A stretch of 64,000 bases of DNA, taken from the NCBI GenBank assembly GCA_032128375.1, contig JAQBGU010000183.1:1-64000 (forward strand), given 5' to 3'. Source of the stretch: Deltaproteobacteria bacterium. Lineage in GTDB: Bacteria > Myxococcota_A > UBA9160 > SMWR01. Of this stretch, positions 38,041 to 49,200 are shown in pieces; within the stretch, counting starts at the first letter, position 1, and each line of letters opens with the position of its first letter. Made by a program: the position numbers and the translations under genes. The notes beneath the pieces are model-generated. The model made no database searches and was not told the origin of the DNA. It worked only from the letters and a program-made list of their open reading frames with translations.

Positions 38041-40328
38041 TGCGCAAGCGAATAGCGATCTATTGCGCAAACGATGAAGTACTGCAGCTGATCCCCTCAC
38101 TGCTTGCGAACCCCGACTTGGAGATCACGGCGATCTTCGACCGCGCAGCGTCGAAGATCCGGCAACGACTTCCTGATTTCGGCCGCGAACTGGGGCCGCT
38201 GCTCGGCGCGAAACTCACGGACCGGGTCGAAGACCTCATCGACGACGCGGCGCTTCACACGATCATCGATGCGAGTGTTGAACTCGACTTCGCGAGGCAA
38301 CATTCCGACATCGTTGACCGCGGCGTACAGGTCATCTCACCTCTGACGGCTCGCTTGCTGTGGTGTTTTGTGCCGACCTCAGCACATCGCAAGACCGAAC
38401 TTCTCGGGGTGCTCCACGAACTCGTAGAATCGTACAACCTCACCATCGATGCGGATGCCCTGTTCTCGCGCATGCTGGAGATAGCCGTCAGTGTGACGGG
38501 AGCCGAAGCCGGTTCATTGATGCTGCTGGACACCGAAAACCGAGAGCTCCGGGTGCGCGTTGCCACCGGAATCGAACCGGAATTGTGGACGAAAATTCGC
38601 GTTCCGCTCGGGGAAGGCATCGCCGGCCGTGTGGCTGCCGACGCTCGCCCTCTGCGGTTGCGCGGAAAGGCCGATGGGCGGGCGTTTCACATCGTGCGCG
38701 AACGTCTCGACGTCGAGTCGGCGCTCTGTGTGCCCATGATCTTCGAAGGGCGCGTGCTGGGTGTGCTGAATCTCCATCACTCGACGCGTCCCGACACCTT
38801 TACCGACGATGATCTCGAATTCGCTGAGCAGCTCGCCCGACTGGACGCGCAGATCATCGCGCAATCTCAGGCACACGAGGTGCTGCGCGGCCAGGCGGAA
38901 CGCTACGAGGCAGTCCGCCATGTGCGAGGCGAACTCGCGGGAAAGGCTACATTGCCAGACCGGCTGCGCGGGCTGTGTCGATTCATCGCCCGGCACGCGG
39001 GCAACGGCATCGCGACGATCTACTTGTGCGACCCGGGCGACGACGGGCTCAGACTCGGAGCCACTTCGCTAGAGGGCGGTGGCTTCGGCGGCGAGTATCG
39101 AATCGCGGTCGGCCAGGGTATCGACGGCACGGTAGCGCGCACCCGCGATGCCATGATTCTCAAGACTCCCGACGGAGCGCTCGCCTACGCCGCGCTTCCG
39201 CTCGTGGCGGGCGAGACGTTTGCGGGCGTGCTCAGTGTACAGGGCGGCGAGCGTGCACCGCGTGGCCGTGCGATGGAAGAGACGCTACTCGAAATCGCGG
39301 CCGCAGCAGCCGAGGAGATCGTCCACGCGAATCAGACTGCGGCCATGACTTCACGCGCCACGCAGCTGAGTGCCGTCAACGAGACCGGAATCAAGATGAT
39401 CTCGACCGAAGACCTCGCAGAGGTGCTGCGTCTCGGCACATCCTCCGCGGCCATGGTCCTGGAGGCCGATCACACGATCTTGCGCCTGCACGACGAACAG
39501 ACCGGACGCTTCGTGATTCGCTCCTACTTTGGCTCTGCAGACGGCCCGCTCCAAGAGCGCTTGTTTCGACTCGACAAGCAGGTCTCCGTAACCGCGATCA
39601 AGCGGCGCGGCCCCCACTTGATTCGCGACATCGCACTGCACGCCGAAACGCGAGAGTTCGACACTGAGCTGCGCAGCGCGATTGCGGCGCCTCTGATGCG
39701 AGAGGCTCATGTGATGGGGACACTGGCGATCTACGACAAGGTTGAAAGCGACCAGTTCCATGTGGGGCGCTTCTCAGACGATGACCTGAGACTCTTTGGA
39801 AAGTTCGTGTCTTACCTCGAACGCGCCCTCGCCAATGCGATGTTCCACGCCCAGGCGCGACGGTTCCGAAACTTTGATACCGAAACCGGCCTGCCAAACT
39901 CGGTCTATCTCGAAAAACGGATCGTCGAAGAAGTCGCGCGCGCGGCTGGGGCCGAAAGCGCACTCGCAATCGCCGTCTGCAAGCTCGAGAACCTCGACGA
40001 AATCGAGCGCTCCGCTGGTGCTACGCGCGTGCGCCAGGTCGTCGCTCGCAGCGTCGACGCGTTGAGGAGCCACCTGCGCGACTTCGACGTCCTCGGCCGC
40101 ACCAGCGACAACGAGTTCACGATCCTGCTGCCCGACCCTGGCGTATCCGCGAGCGATCGCGTGTTCGCGCTCGCTCGCGCGGTTGCGGACGACCTCTCCG
40201 GCAACGAAGCCCTCAACGCGGGGGCCCGGATTGCGTTGGGCTTCGGCTATGCGGTCTATCCGGGCGACGGAGCCGATTGCGGTGCGCTGCTCGAAAAAGC
40301 CTGCGAACCTCGCATCCGAATGGTGTAG
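38040..40328 (+). CDS. Multi-GAF protein with degenerate GGDEF domain
   Basis: GAF motifs (GEGIAGRVA, GQGIDGTVA), DTETGLPN, RDFD-x5-SDNEF. Confidence 0.85.
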   Translation: MRKRIAIYCANDEVLQLIPSLLANPDLEITAIFDRAASKIRQRLPDFGRELGPLLGAKLTDRVEDLIDDAALHTIIDASVELDFARQHSDIVDRGVQVISPLTARLLWCFVPTSAHRKTELLGVLHELVESYNLTIDADALFSRMLEIAVSVTGAEAGSLMLLDTENRELRVRVATGIEPELWTKIRVPLGEGIAGRVAADARPLRLRGKADGRAFHIVRERLDVESALCVPMIFEGRVLGVLNLHHSTRPDTFTDDDLEFAEQLARLDAQIIAQSQAHEVLRGQAERYEAVRHVRGELAGKATLPDRLRGLCRFIARHAGNGIATIYLCDPGDDGLRLGATSLEGGGFGGEYRIAVGQGIDGTVARTRDAMILKTPDGALAYAALPLVAGETFAGVLSVQGGERAPRGRAMEETLLEIAAAAAEEIVHANQTAAMTSRATQLSAVNETGIKMISTEDLAEVLRLGTSSAAMVLEADHTILRLHDEQTGRFVIRSYFGSADGPLQERLFRLDKQVSVTAIKRRGPHLIRDIALHAETREFDTELRSAIAAPLMREAHVMGTLAIYDKVESDQFHVGRFSDDDLRLFGKFVSYLERALANAMFHAQARRFRNFDTETGLPNSVYLEKRIVEEVARAAGAESALAIAVCKLENLDEIERSAGATRVRQVVARSVDALRSHLRDFDVLGRTSDNEFTILLPDPGVSASDRVFALARAVADDLSGNEALNAGARIALGFGYAVYPGDGADCGALLEKACEPRIRMV

Positions 40329-40353
40329 GTACACCGCGCGACGCGGATGTGGC

Positions 40354-41466
40354 TCACCCAAGCAGACTCGACAGTTCCACGAGCGGAAGATCCAGAGACG
40401 CAGCCACCCCTTCACAGACGATGTGGCCGCGCCACACATTGACACCAAGAGCCAACGCCGGATCGGATCTTGTGGCGGCTTCGACGCCCATTTCGGCGAT
40501 TCGCTCGATCAATGGCAGCGTGGTGTTGGTCAGGGCGAATGTCGACGTCCGCGGAACTGCGCCGGGCATGTTCGCGACGCCGTAGTGGATCACGCCATGG
40601 AGCTTGTAAGTTGGATTGGAGTGCGTCGTCGGGCGGATGGTCTCGATGCATCCGCCCTGGTCAACTGCAACGTCTGCGACCACCGAACCCGGTTCCATCT
40701 TTTGGATCATCGCTTCGCTCACCACAGTGGGTGTGCGACGACCGTGCAGGTAGACGGCACCGATCACCAGATCGCTCGTGGTGACGGACTTCTCGATATT
40801 GGCTGGCGTCGAATACAGCGTGTTCAGTTCGCCACCAAAAATGTCGTACAAGTACGTGAGTCGCTTCAGGTCGATATCGAGCACATCGACCTCGGTGCCG
40901 AGTGCGTGTGCGACGCGCACCGCATTGATTCCGACTGTGCCGGCGCCGATCACCGTCACTCGGCCACGCATCACACCAGGCACACCACCGAGCAGCAATC
41001 CCTTGCCACCGTTGTCCTTCTGAAGCAGCGTGACACCGATCTGGACCGCGAGTCGACCCGCCACCTCGCTCATCGGAGCGAGTATCGGGAACGAACCGTC
41101 GGGGCTGCGGATCGTTTCGTAGCCGATCGCGATCACATCGGCCTTGCACAGTCCGTCGGCGAGTTCTGGCGCCGCTGCGAGGTGGAGATAGGTGAACAGA
41201 ATTTGGCCGGGTCTCAGCCTCTGGGTCTCGTGCGGCTGTGACTCCTTCACCTTGACGACCATCTCCGGTCGGGACCAGACCTCGTCGATATCGACGATTC
41301 GTGCTCCGGCTGCCTCGAATTGGGCATCGGAAAAGCCACTGCCGACGCCGGCGGAAGTTTCGACCAGCACCTCGTGTCCCTTTGCCAGTAGCTGACGTAC
41401 ACCGTCGGGCACCATCGCGACCCGAAACTCCATGTCCTTGCATTCGCGCGGTACACCGATCCGCAT
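40354..41466 (-). CDS. ald: Alanine dehydrogenase
   Basis: [40 protein letters not shown]. Confidence 0.96.
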   Translation of the reverse strand: MRIGVPRECKDMEFRVAMVPDGVRQLLAKGHEVLVETSAGVGSGFSDAQFEAAGARIVDIDEVWSRPEMVVKVKESQPHETQRLRPGQILFTYLHLAAAPELADGLCKADVIAIGYETIRSPDGSFPILAPMSEVAGRLAVQIGVTLLQKDNGGKGLLLGGVPGVMRGRVTVIGAGTVGINAVRVAHALGTEVDVLDIDLKRLTYLYDIFGGELNTLYSTPANIEKSVTTSDLVIGAVYLHGRRTPTVVSEAMIQKMEPGSVVADVAVDQGGCIETIRPTTHSNPTYKLHGVIHYGVANMPGAVPRTSTFALTNTTLPLIERIAEMGVEAATRSDPALALGVNVWRGHIVCEGVAASLDLPLVELSSLLG

Positions 41467-41508
41467 GCATTCCTTTCCCCGCGAGGCGCGCAGGAGGCGG
41501 GTGAAACT

Positions 41509-42822
41509 CTAGTGCCCCGGCGCTAGGAACTCCTCGATCAGGATCTTGGCAACTTCCGGCCGCATGATGCGCTCATCGGGCGTTACCCCACTGCGCAGTT
41601 GCTCGCGAACCTCGGTTCCACTGACCGTTACCGGTTTTTCGCCCTTGTGATTCTCGGTCAGATCGACGCGACCCATCGACTCGTAGAACGCCGCGAATCC
41701 GACATTGCACGGCGTCAAGTGCAGCTCTCCTTGCAGCTCAGCGAAAACCTCCTGCGCATCGAAGTCCCCCCAGATTGCGCTCCCGTCCTCATACGGTGCG
41801 TCGGCGTGTTTGCGCCCGATCACGAGGTCGCTGAAACCGAAGTTCTGCCGGTAGATCGCGTGCATCACAGCTTCGCTCGGACCGCCATAGAACATCTTGA
41901 TGTCCAGACCGATCAGTTCGAAGACTTCGGCAAGCGCGTAGCCGACCGATTCCCACAACGCGTCGTCCTTGTCCCCGTCTCCGAGCAAGCGTCGATCGTG
42001 AAGCTCCCGGTAGCAGCGCATTCGCGTGGCGGCCGGGACGTCGTCCCCCTTGAGTTCCCCGACCAGCGGATTGAGCACGACCCCGGTGAAGTGTCCCGCG
42101 CGTGTGAGGCTCTCGGCGCCCGACACCAGCGCGTATTCATGCGCACGATGCAACGGGTTGCGGGTCTGGAACGCCAGCGCGCGCTCCCACTTCTTCGAAC
42201 GAATGAACGCCCGGGTCATCAGCGGCGACAGCATGTACTCACCGTACTCGGGATTGAGCGGCTGCGGCAGCGCTCGAAGTGAACCGCCTAGCAATCGGGT
42301 ACGCGTGTCATTTTCGACGGCGCGGCCGCCTGGGTGATCGTAGCGATCGGTTCGATACACCTTCTGGATGTAGAGGTCCTTGTCCCAATCGAACAGTTCG
42401 AGATCATCGACGATTGCGACGACTTCGCCGTCTTCCCGGCAAAGAACCACCGAATCGCCAGCCGTCAACGCCGAGGCTTCGTCTTCCGTGACGGGGATCG
42501 AGAGCGGGATCGTCCAGGCATACGATCGGCCGCCTACATCGATCGATCGGGTATCGAGCACTCGATCCCAGGTGGCTTTCCGCATCGGTCCTTCCAGCGG
42601 CGACAATCCCCCATCCGAAATCCGGTAAACGGTAGACAGGTCGGCATTGCTGACCTGCACCGACGGGAGCTCTTTGGCCTCCGCAAGAAAGGCTTTCCGC
42701 TGCCCCAATGGCACCATGCGGTCGACCGGTGCGGAAAGCCCACCGTGAACCGGCACCAGGTCTCCATTCCACTTCGTGTTGGGCTTTCGATCGTAGGTCT
42801 TGCTGTCGTTCGACTTGCTCAT
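41509..42822 (-). CDS. sat: Sulfate adenylyltransferase
   Basis: SPLEG, FQTRNPLHRAHE, HAIYRQNFG, GRKHA, SGT..R. Confidence 0.93.
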   Translation of the reverse strand: MSKSNDSKTYDRKPNTKWNGDLVPVHGGLSAPVDRMVPLGQRKAFLAEAKELPSVQVSNADLSTVYRISDGGLSPLEGPMRKATWDRVLDTRSIDVGGRSYAWTIPLSIPVTEDEASALTAGDSVVLCREDGEVVAIVDDLELFDWDKDLYIQKVYRTDRYDHPGGRAVENDTRTRLLGGSLRALPQPLNPEYGEYMLSPLMTRAFIRSKKWERALAFQTRNPLHRAHEYALVSGAESLTRAGHFTGVVLNPLVGELKGDDVPAATRMRCYRELHDRRLLGDGDKDDALWESVGYALAEVFELIGLDIKMFYGGPSEAVMHAIYRQNFGFSDLVIGRKHADAPYEDGSAIWGDFDAQEVFAELQGELHLTPCNVGFAAFYESMGRVDLTENHKGEKPVTVSGTEVREQLRSGVTPDERIMRPEVAKILIEEFLAPGH

Positions 42823-42884
42823 TCAATCGGTCTCCATACCGCTGACAATCATCTGGTTCGAAAGGGCAAACTTTGAAGGGGCAT

Positions 42885-43979
42885 TCACCAGATGGCGTGC
42901 ATGCCATCTCCGTCCGAGAACAGCACCACATCGCCAGCGCCGTCGAATTGGCGCAAGAACAAGCGTGAACGGTTTTCCAGCACCGACTCGTAAACGACGA
43001 ACCGACCGTCGGGTGAAACGACGGGTCGGTATTCCTCTGCTCCCGAACCGACACCCAGCCGTGTTCGACCGACGCCATCGGTGCGGATTCTCCACAGTTT
43101 CGAGTCTTCTCGCATGCCGCGACCAAACACGATCCACTGCCCATCGGGTGAGAAAGACGGGGCGAGCCCGGGCGTGATGGGGCGCGCTGCCGCCCCCTGC
43201 GTCAACGATTGCACCCAAATCTGGGGTTCGCTGCTGAACACCCGAACGAACGCGACTTGCTGACCATCGGGTGAACACGCCGGGCTCCCGTCGGACGGGC
43301 CAGAGCTGATGATCTCGATGTGTCCGGAAGGCGACCTGACTGCGAGCCGCGAGGTCAGCCAGTTGCGCGCTCCCGAGCGTTCCACGCTGTGAACCGCCAC
43401 CACGATCCGTCCTTCTGATGTGTAACAACCGTGCGGATGAAAATTCGGACCGTGGGTCAACTTTCCAACTTCGCCGGTTTCCCGATCGAACTCGTACAGC
43501 TGCAGGGCCCCCGGGTCGCCCTGCGCAAACAGTAATCGCTGGTGATCGGACGACCAGGCCTGAGGGATGGCTCCTGATTGAGCGCCGCGCACCATGACAA
43601 GTTCGTCAGTGCGCGGGTCGAGCAGTGCCATGCGCCCACGAAATTTGGGATCGGACTTCTGGCCGAACGCGCTATCGAGGTAATTCTTGAGCGTGTTGAC
43701 GTTCACGACGCCACGGTTTTCGGACTGCGATCGCGGGTCATACGGTGCCTCTTCGCTTTCCGCGAGCGACTCGGCGCGCCGCCGCGCTTCTGCTTCTGTG
43801 TGATAGACAAACGCGATCGGGAACTCCGGCAGTTTCCGGGATTTCATCTCGTGCGCACACCCGGCGCTGATGATGACTGCCCCCGCAGCGATCGAACCGA
43901 TCCAGCAAATCGCCCGACTCAACGCCCGATGGGTAGCGCCGGGGCGAACGAATCGGGGTTGTTCCACGCCATGCCTCAT
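42885..43979 (-). CDS. TolB-like (PD40) beta-propeller lipoprotein
   Basis: Lipobox ISAGC, repeated SPDG motifs. Confidence 0.8.
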   Translation of the reverse strand: MRHGVEQPRFVRPGATHRALSRAICWIGSIAAGAVIISAGCAHEMKSRKLPEFPIAFVYHTEAEARRRAESLAESEEAPYDPRSQSENRGVVNVNTLKNYLDSAFGQKSDPKFRGRMALLDPRTDELVMVRGAQSGAIPQAWSSDHQRLLFAQGDPGALQLYEFDRETGEVGKLTHGPNFHPHGCYTSEGRIVVAVHSVERSGARNWLTSRLAVRSPSGHIEIISSGPSDGSPACSPDGQQVAFVRVFSSEPQIWVQSLTQGAAARPITPGLAPSFSPDGQWIVFGRGMREDSKLWRIRTDGVGRTRLGVGSGAEEYRPVVSPDGRFVVYESVLENRSRLFLRQFDGAGDVVLFSDGDGMHAIW

Positions 43980-44497
43980 TCTGCGGTCGGTACGATCGTG
44001 TGGCCGAAAAATGCGCCGGCTCGCGCATCGCGACGGAAGAACGCCACAGAATCTACCTTGCGGTCGACCACTGAGACCACGACCTGGTCTGCGCCGGGAA
44101 ACGGAAACAGCTCGCTCTCCGCAATCTCTCGATCCATAGCCGACAGATAGGCCCCCGCGTCGACATGCGAGTGGTACACCGCGGTGACTATTTCGCCTCG
44201 CTCCTCCGCCTCCTCTATGACGCGCATGTAATCCAAACCGTTCATGAGAAATGCCTGGCGTCCGTCTCTTGGGTACGCAACCCGGTCAGACTTGTGTTGC
44301 ATGGTCATTTCGTTGCGACAGCGCACGAATCGCTTGAATCGATTCTGGTCGGTGCCAACAATCAGCCCACAGCACTCCTCCGGCAGGGTCGCGAGCGCAT
44401 GGGAGTAGAGTTCGTTCAGGATGTGCCTTGGAACCTTGATCGACGACAGCGTCTCATCGACGTCGATTCGCCCGCAAGTTAGGTCCGTCTCGTTCAT
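43976..44497 (-). CDS. JAB/Mov34 (M67) metallopeptidase, Mec-like
   Basis: PEECCGL and YHSH....AYLS..D JAMM motif. Confidence 0.88.
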   Translation of the reverse strand: MNETDLTCGRIDVDETLSSIKVPRHILNELYSHALATLPEECCGLIVGTDQNRFKRFVRCRNEMTMQHKSDRVAYPRDGRQAFLMNGLDYMRVIEEAEERGEIVTAVYHSHVDAGAYLSAMDREIAESELFPFPGADQVVVSVVDRKVDSVAFFRRDARAGAFFGHTIVPTAE

Positions 44498-44769
44498 GTC
44501 GGCATTGAACCCTGGGGGGGAAAGATCACCCTGGTCCGCCGATCGGCGGTCGGCTGTACGGTCAGGGTGCGACGGCCGCAGTCTACGCAAGGCTGCGGCC
44601 TCCTGCGAGCGTTTCGGGGCCGCCGGACCCTCGATTCGGTGCGCCGGAACGCCGCCGCCACTGTTCAACGCTCACCTGGCCGAAAACAGCGTGAAATCAT
44701 CTTCGGACAGGGACGGCCTGCCCTGCTGGTAGATCCAGCTACCAGGAGAAGCCGCGAATCTCGGTCTCA

Positions 44770-45270
44770 TGCGCGCGATTTGTGTCCAGATGCAGTTGGT
44801 TCGGATAGAGATGGAACCCGTTGTAGGCAGTTTCGAAGACGTTCAGCGCGAGTCGGATTTCCGAGAGGGAAATGGTGATCACGAGCAGCACGATCGAGGC
44901 CAGTACGCCGAGCTGCCCGCCCCAAGAGTTGATGCACGCATTTGCGCCGTCCAGATAGATGATGAAAAAGGGAACGGTCACGCACGAGACGAGACGTCCA
45001 GAAATGAAATACGGGAGCTCTTTCGAGGGATAGAACCAATCTCCAAAATCAAAGTGCGTGGAAGGGAAGACCCGCTCCAGGACCGATGCGGCCACAACGG
45101 AAAAATTCAGCGCGAGCACGATTCGTCGATTCTCCTCGCCGTCGGTCTTTCTCCCCGCAAATCGAGACGGCAGAAAAGGCGAAGAACCCGCTGTGCTGAG
45201 GCGAGCGCGAAGAAGAGAGCCGAGAAGTCGTTTGTGATGGCGTAGAAGAGGTCTTGTGGAAAGAATGCAA
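44770..45270 (-). pseudogene. Remnant of a polytopic membrane protein (GT-C/DUF2142-like), split over two frames
   Basis: Fragments AFFPQDLFYAITND and FDFGDWFYPSKELPYFISGRL...YNGFHL in different frames, no proper start; family recognition from memory. Confidence 0.45.
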
Positions 45271-45286
45271 CGGACGTCGCCGCCCG

Positions 45287-45736
45287 TCAGATGAAGTACA
45301 TCGGCTCGTCGGCGCGGGCGCCGGGCAGATTCGCTCGAGCGGCTTGCCGGCATAGAGCGTCCAGCGTCGTCGCTCCGAGCGCCTCTGAAAATCGCTCTGC
45401 GAGTCCGCTCCACAGGAAATTGGGCCTATTTGCGCTTGTGCCGGCCTCCGGGGGCGCCATCTCGAGCGATTCGGCGAGCGGCCCCTCGACTGCCTCGACG
45501 ATCTCGCACAGCGTGATCTCCTCCGCGGGTCGTGCCAGCCGATAGCCGCCCCCGGGCCCTCGTTTGCTGTCGACAAGGCGCGCTCGGCGCAAGCGCACGA
45601 AGATCTGTTCGAGATAGCGGGGAGGAATCGACTGTCGATCGGCGATCGCGCGAATTTGGACCGATTCGCCCTGTCCATTGTACGCGAGATCGAAGCTCGC
45701 GCAGATGGCGTACTGAACCTGAAGCGAAAGTCGCAT
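45287..45736 (-). CDS. Rrf2-family regulator, CymR-like (no Fe-S cysteine triad)
   Basis: YLEQIF, SKRGPGGGY, C-terminal PMYFI. Confidence 0.9.
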   Translation of the reverse strand: MRLSLQVQYAICASFDLAYNGQGESVQIRAIADRQSIPPRYLEQIFVRLRRARLVDSKRGPGGGYRLARPAEEITLCEIVEAVEGPLAESLEMAPPEAGTSANRPNFLWSGLAERFSEALGATTLDALCRQAARANLPGARADEPMYFI

Positions 45737-45803
45737 ATCACTGCCAGCATCGCTGACCCGAACCCCACCCGGCAACTCGGTGCGTTTTCGTCAGCGCGAA
45801 AGC

Positions 45804-45914
45804 CCATCGCGTAGGTCCATCGCGTAGGTCCATCGCGAACTCTTTTCGAGCAGAACCCTGAGAACACTGCCCTTGGAACACTGCCCTTGGAACACAGGCC
45901 TTGGAACACAGCCC
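45804..45914. repeat. Two adjacent tandem arrays (13 bp x2.6; 14 bp x3.8)
   Basis: CCATCGCGTAGGT at 45804/45817/45830; GAACACTGCCCTTG-like at 45862/45876/45890/45904. Confidence 0.88.
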
Positions 45915-46203
45915 ATCGCGCCGCGTATCGTGTCACGCTGCACCGGCTCGAAGGCAGCCATTTCGGCGTCGGGTCTTGCCCGTGCGGTCACGCTCGGGAT
46001 ATTCTGCTCGTACCCCTGTGCCAACACAAGCATCCAGACCCAGCCCACACCAGACCAGTACACAGCCAAGACCAATCCAAAACCAAGCGACTGCAAAATG
46101 CACTCTCCTCCAACGTTCGGGGTGCAAATTGCGCGGAAACAGTGGGCTCGTCGGCCAAAACCGACGCGTGGAAGTACGGGTCAGGAAGCATCAGGGGACC
46201 CGC

Positions 46204-49200
46204 GTGGCCGAAATCGGAGAATTCGTCCGAGCGATCCAGGCACACCGCGAGCTTCGCGGAGCCGTTGCGCACCACGAAGTCCTACGAGCGCGACCGGCCC
46301 AGATCGAACCGAAGCTATCGCCCGCCTTCGAACCGCTCGCGCACATGCTCGAGCGAAGCGGAATTCGCGGACTCTACAGCCACCAGGCCCGCGCACTCGA
46401 GCTGATCGAATCCGGCGAGAACGTCGTACTTTCTACGCCGACTGCGAGTGGCAAGACGCTCGTCTACAACCTGCCGGTACTGCGACGCGCACTGGCAGAT
46501 CGGAAATCTCGCGCTCTCTACGTGTTCCCCCTCAAAGCACTGGAGTGGGACCAGCGGCGGCGACTCGAACGAGACATTGCACTGCTCGGCGACGAGGCTT
46601 CCGACATCGGGGTGGCGATCTATGACGGCGACACACCTCAGAGTCAGCGACGCAAGATTCGCGACAATCCGCCGCAGGTTCTGATCACGACGCCCGATAT
46701 GCTCCACGCGGGGATTCTCCCGCACCACGCTGCGTGGAAGACCTTTTTCGAGGGGCTGGGGTTGGTTGCGCTCGACGAGCTGCATACCTACCGCGGAATC
46801 TTCGGCTCTCACGTGGCCCAGGTGCTGCGACGCCTGGATCGGGTCGCTCGCTTTCACGGCACGCGACCGCAATTCGTAGCGTCCTCTGCGACGATCGCAA
46901 ACCCGGGCGAGCTCGCTACTTCACTCACGGGACGACGCTTCTCGGTGGTCGAAAACAGCGGCGCGCCACTCCAGCAGCGACAAGTACTGCTGTTTCGCCC
47001 GACGGGTTCAGCGTACACCCTGGCTGCCCAGTTGTTTCGACTGTCCATCGGGCTCGGTCTTCGAACGATTGCGTTCACCAAGGCGCGTGTGATCACCGAG
47101 CTGATTCACAGCTGGGTGATCGAGGCTGAGCCCGATCTCGAGCCCAAGATCAGTTCGTACCGCGCCGGATTCCTGCCCGAAGAGCGCCGCGAGATCGAAA
47201 CCCGACTCTTCAGCGGCGAGCTGTTGGGCGTCATCTCGACTTCGGCTCTCGAGCTCGGGATCGACGTCGGTGGCCTCGACGTCTGCCTGCTCGTCGGATA
47301 CCCCGGAAGCCAGGTATCAACCTGGCAGCGCGGCGGACGCGTCGGGCGCAGCCAAGAAGCCTGCATCGCTCTGATCGCCCAGCCCGATGCGCTCGATCAA
47401 TACCTGGTGTCCCACCCGCGAGACTTTTTCGACCGCGCATTCGAACACGCGATCGCCGACCCCCACAATCCGGAGATCCTATCGGCACACCTGCCTTGTG
47501 CGGCTGCGGAAGTGCCATTGCGCGCCGACGAGCCGTGGATGATCGAACCCAAAATGCAGCAGGCCGTCGAGGGCCTCGAGCAAGCTGCGCGGCTATTGCG
47601 CAGCGAATCAGGCCATGAGTGGTTCGCAGCGCGCAGAAGACCTCACCTCGATGTTCGACTGCGCCAAGTAGGTTCGAGCTACGCCATCGCGCTCGCGGGC
47701 GACTCCAACCAGAAGACCCCCAGCGATCACAACGCGCGCGCAAAGCTGATCGGTACGATCGGGTCGGCGAATGTGTTCTCCGAGTGTCACGAAGGTGCGA
47801 TCTACCTGCATCGAGGGCAGCAGTACGCAGTCACCGAACTCGATCGAGATGAACTCGTCGTATGGGTTCGGCGCGTCGACATGCCTCACTACACCCGCGC
47901 ACTGTCGGAAAAGCAGACGGAAATCCTGTCTCGTGATCGAACCCGACCGGCGGGGAACTTCCAGGTCGTGCAGGGACGCGTCAAGGTGACCAAGACCATC
48001 ACCGGCTACGAGCGGCGCCGAATTCGCGGTCAAGAGCTGCTGGGAACCGAGCCGCTCGACCTGCCCCCGACTTCGTTTGAAACCGTTGGAATCTGGCTGG
48101 AGTTTCCCGACGAAATCGAGCAGGCGCTCAAGGATGCGGGTCGCCATGTCATGGGAGGCATCCACGCCAGCGAGCATGCCGCACTGTCGCTGTTTCCGTT
48201 ATTCGCACTGTGTGATCGGCTCGATGTCGCGGGAATCTCCTACGTCCGCCACCCGCAGACGAAACGTGCGGCGATTTTCTTCTACGACGCCGTGCCTGGC
48301 GGGGTCGGTCTCGCCGCTAGCCTGTTCGATCGCGTCGAAGTTCTACTCGACGCGACGTGCGACTTGATTGCGGATTGCTCGTGCGAAGAAGGTTGCCCCG
48401 CCTGTGTACATTCGCCAAGGTGCGGCAGCGGTAACCGCCCGATCGACAAAGCCTCGGCCGTGATCGCGCTGCGCTTGCTGCTGGCCCGAGACCCACTTCC
48501 GCAGCTTCGCGACGATCGCTCCGGTGCACCCGGCGACATCGAGGATCCCGCCCGCGCGGCTGTGGCCACTGATCGCTCCGCTCCGCACGTGATCTACCTT
48601 GACCTCGAGACCCAGCGCAGCGCCAAAGATGTCGGCGGCTGGCACAACGCGCACCTGATGCGCGTGGCGCTGGCGGTCACATTCGACTCGAAGACACTTG
48701 CGTTTCGCACCTTTCATGAAAACGAGGTACACGGCCTGGTGGAGAGCCTGAAACAGGCAGACCTGATCGTGGGCTTCAACATCGTGAGCTTCGACTACTC
48801 GGTGTTGCGCGGCTATACCGATTTCGACCTGAAGGGGCTCCCGACGTTCGACATGCTGACGGCAATCCACCAGCGTCTGGGCTATCGACTCGCGCTCGGT
48901 CACATTGCCGAACAAACACTGGGTGTGAGCAAGGGGGGCGACGGTCTCCAATCTCTGGCCTGGTGGAAGGAAGGCCGCTTGGAGGAAATCGAGCGCTACT
49001 GCACACAGGACGTCTTACTGCTGCGCGATCTGCTCGATCACGCCGAGCAGCACGGACACCTGTGCTTCCAAACCAAGCGAGGGGATCGGGTGCGATTGCC
49101 CGCGCCCTGGAAGATCGATGAATTGATCGAGCAGACGAAATCGCGCTCGATCCAGCTAGCCGATTCACCACAGATCAATACATCACAGACAAGTTCACCT

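Noticed and set aside
45862..45914. LexA/SOS box from repeated GAAC
   Set aside because: GAAC-N10-GAAC spacing matches no LexA box I know and is explained by the tandem repeat
45901..46203. N-terminal extension of the helicase ORF
   Set aside because: Low-complexity repeat region; the RBS supports GTG 46204
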